DNA of 64,000 nt from Octopus sinensis (taxonomy: Eukaryota), in the NCBI RefSeq assembly GCF_006345805.1, contig NC_043014.1, forward strand, positions 1,798,001-1,862,000, in the 5' to 3' direction. The notes beneath the pieces are model-generated. The model was not told the DNA's origin and did no database searches. It saw only the letters and a program-made list of their open reading frames with translations. Below, in pieces: positions 62,894-64,000 of the stretch. A program made the position numbers and the translations under genes. Position 1 is the stretch's first letter, and each line of letters opens with the position of its first letter.

Positions 62894-63290
62894 TATATTA
62901 TATTATATATACACACACACACACACACATATATATTATATGTATATAAATATATATACATACATATATATATATATATATACTCATACATACATACGTA
63001 TATATATATATATATACATATACACATAATACACACACACATACATATATATGATATATATTATATTTATATTTATATATGTGTGTGTGTTAGTATTTAT
63101 ATATATATGTATATACACAGCTATACATATACATACATACATATATGTGTGTGTGTGTGTGTATGCATATATATATGTAACTGTGCACACACACCTATAT
63201 ATATATATACACACAAATACACAGACATATATATATATACACACACATGGCCCTTCATGCATGTACATGCATGTATGTGTGTGTGTGTGT
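62745..63290. repeat. (CT)n then (TA)/(CA) microsatellites
   Basis: Direct reading. Confidence 0.95.
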
Positions 63291-64000
63291 TATGTTGAAG
63301 TAGTGTGGCAAACCTGATTAGGCTATAGATAATCGACATACGCTTAGTGATTATATTGTGGTCATGGAAATGATGATGATGATGAGAGGAGGAGGAAGTG
63401 GAAGAGAAGGATGACAACGACAGCAACAATGATGATTGCAACAACGATGACGGAGGTAGTGGTGGTGATGATGATAATGATGTGACAAACAATAAGGCAA
63501 TGAAAATTCTTTATTTCTATTGCCATTTGCCTTCCTTAGACTGTGGCCATGCTGGAGCATCCTCTTCAAGGATTTCAGTCAAATACACCAGCTTGAGCTC
63601 TCAGCCTGGGGTTTCAGGTTTTCCAACGTCTATCAATAGAATGGCAGATTTATGTCCCCTAAGAGGGCACGTGTGTGTGTGTGTGTGCGCGTGAGTGTGT
63701 GTCTATAAGGAAATTGTAAAATTTCCCAAGGGTGCCATCTGCAGTAAACACATATAGCAAAGTGCAAGTTGCTTGCTACACTTAGTGTAAATAGCTGAAA
63801 ATATTTCATTATTGATTGAATTTGTAAAGAGAAAGTAAGTCGTCAGGCTTAATGAAGTTTACTCTTAACGGGAACATACCACAGAGTATATGTACATCAC
63901 ATTGTCCCAGGTTCAGTCCTACTGCAAGACACCTTGGGCAAGTAAATTCTACTATAAACCAACCAAACCTTGGGAGTGAAGTTGGTTGACGGAAACAGAT

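Overview
Repeat-dense animal genomic DNA, most likely Octopus or a related coleoid cephalopod. This is inferred from the tRNA-SINE families and the heavy microsatellite load; no database search was run. I can support only one host coding exon: the first coding exon of an ABCG1/ABCG4-like half-transporter on the minus strand (53738-53459), ending in a canonical AAAG|GTAAGA donor. I recognised no later ABCG exon, so positions 1-53458 probably lie in one very large intron. The rest is at least four SINE-like families, Penelope-like elements (PLE) with minimal hammerhead ribozymes, fragments of CR1, RTE and mariner elements, piggyBac-, Tigger- and hAT-type MITEs, mini/microsatellites and several inverted repeats. 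Nearly all entries in the supplied ORF track are microsatellite or repeat artefacts. Best leads: (1) a perfect (AGGTCA-N4)x4 DR4 nuclear-receptor array beside an RFX X-box and two M-box motifs, 4.4 kb upstream of the ABCG ATG; (2) a tRNA-headed, hammerhead-carrying, PLE-type short element with an inverted terminal copy and a 13-bp TSD; (3) six minimal hammerhead motifs, including a subfamily with a shared core variant; (4) an 18-copy 64-bp satellite upstream of the gene with a consensus 5' splice site in each unit; (5) a SINE trimer inserted as one unit with a 33-bp TSD; (6) a locally templated inverted insertion inside a SINE; (7) long intronic hairpins. Repeat boundaries were read by eye and are approximate.
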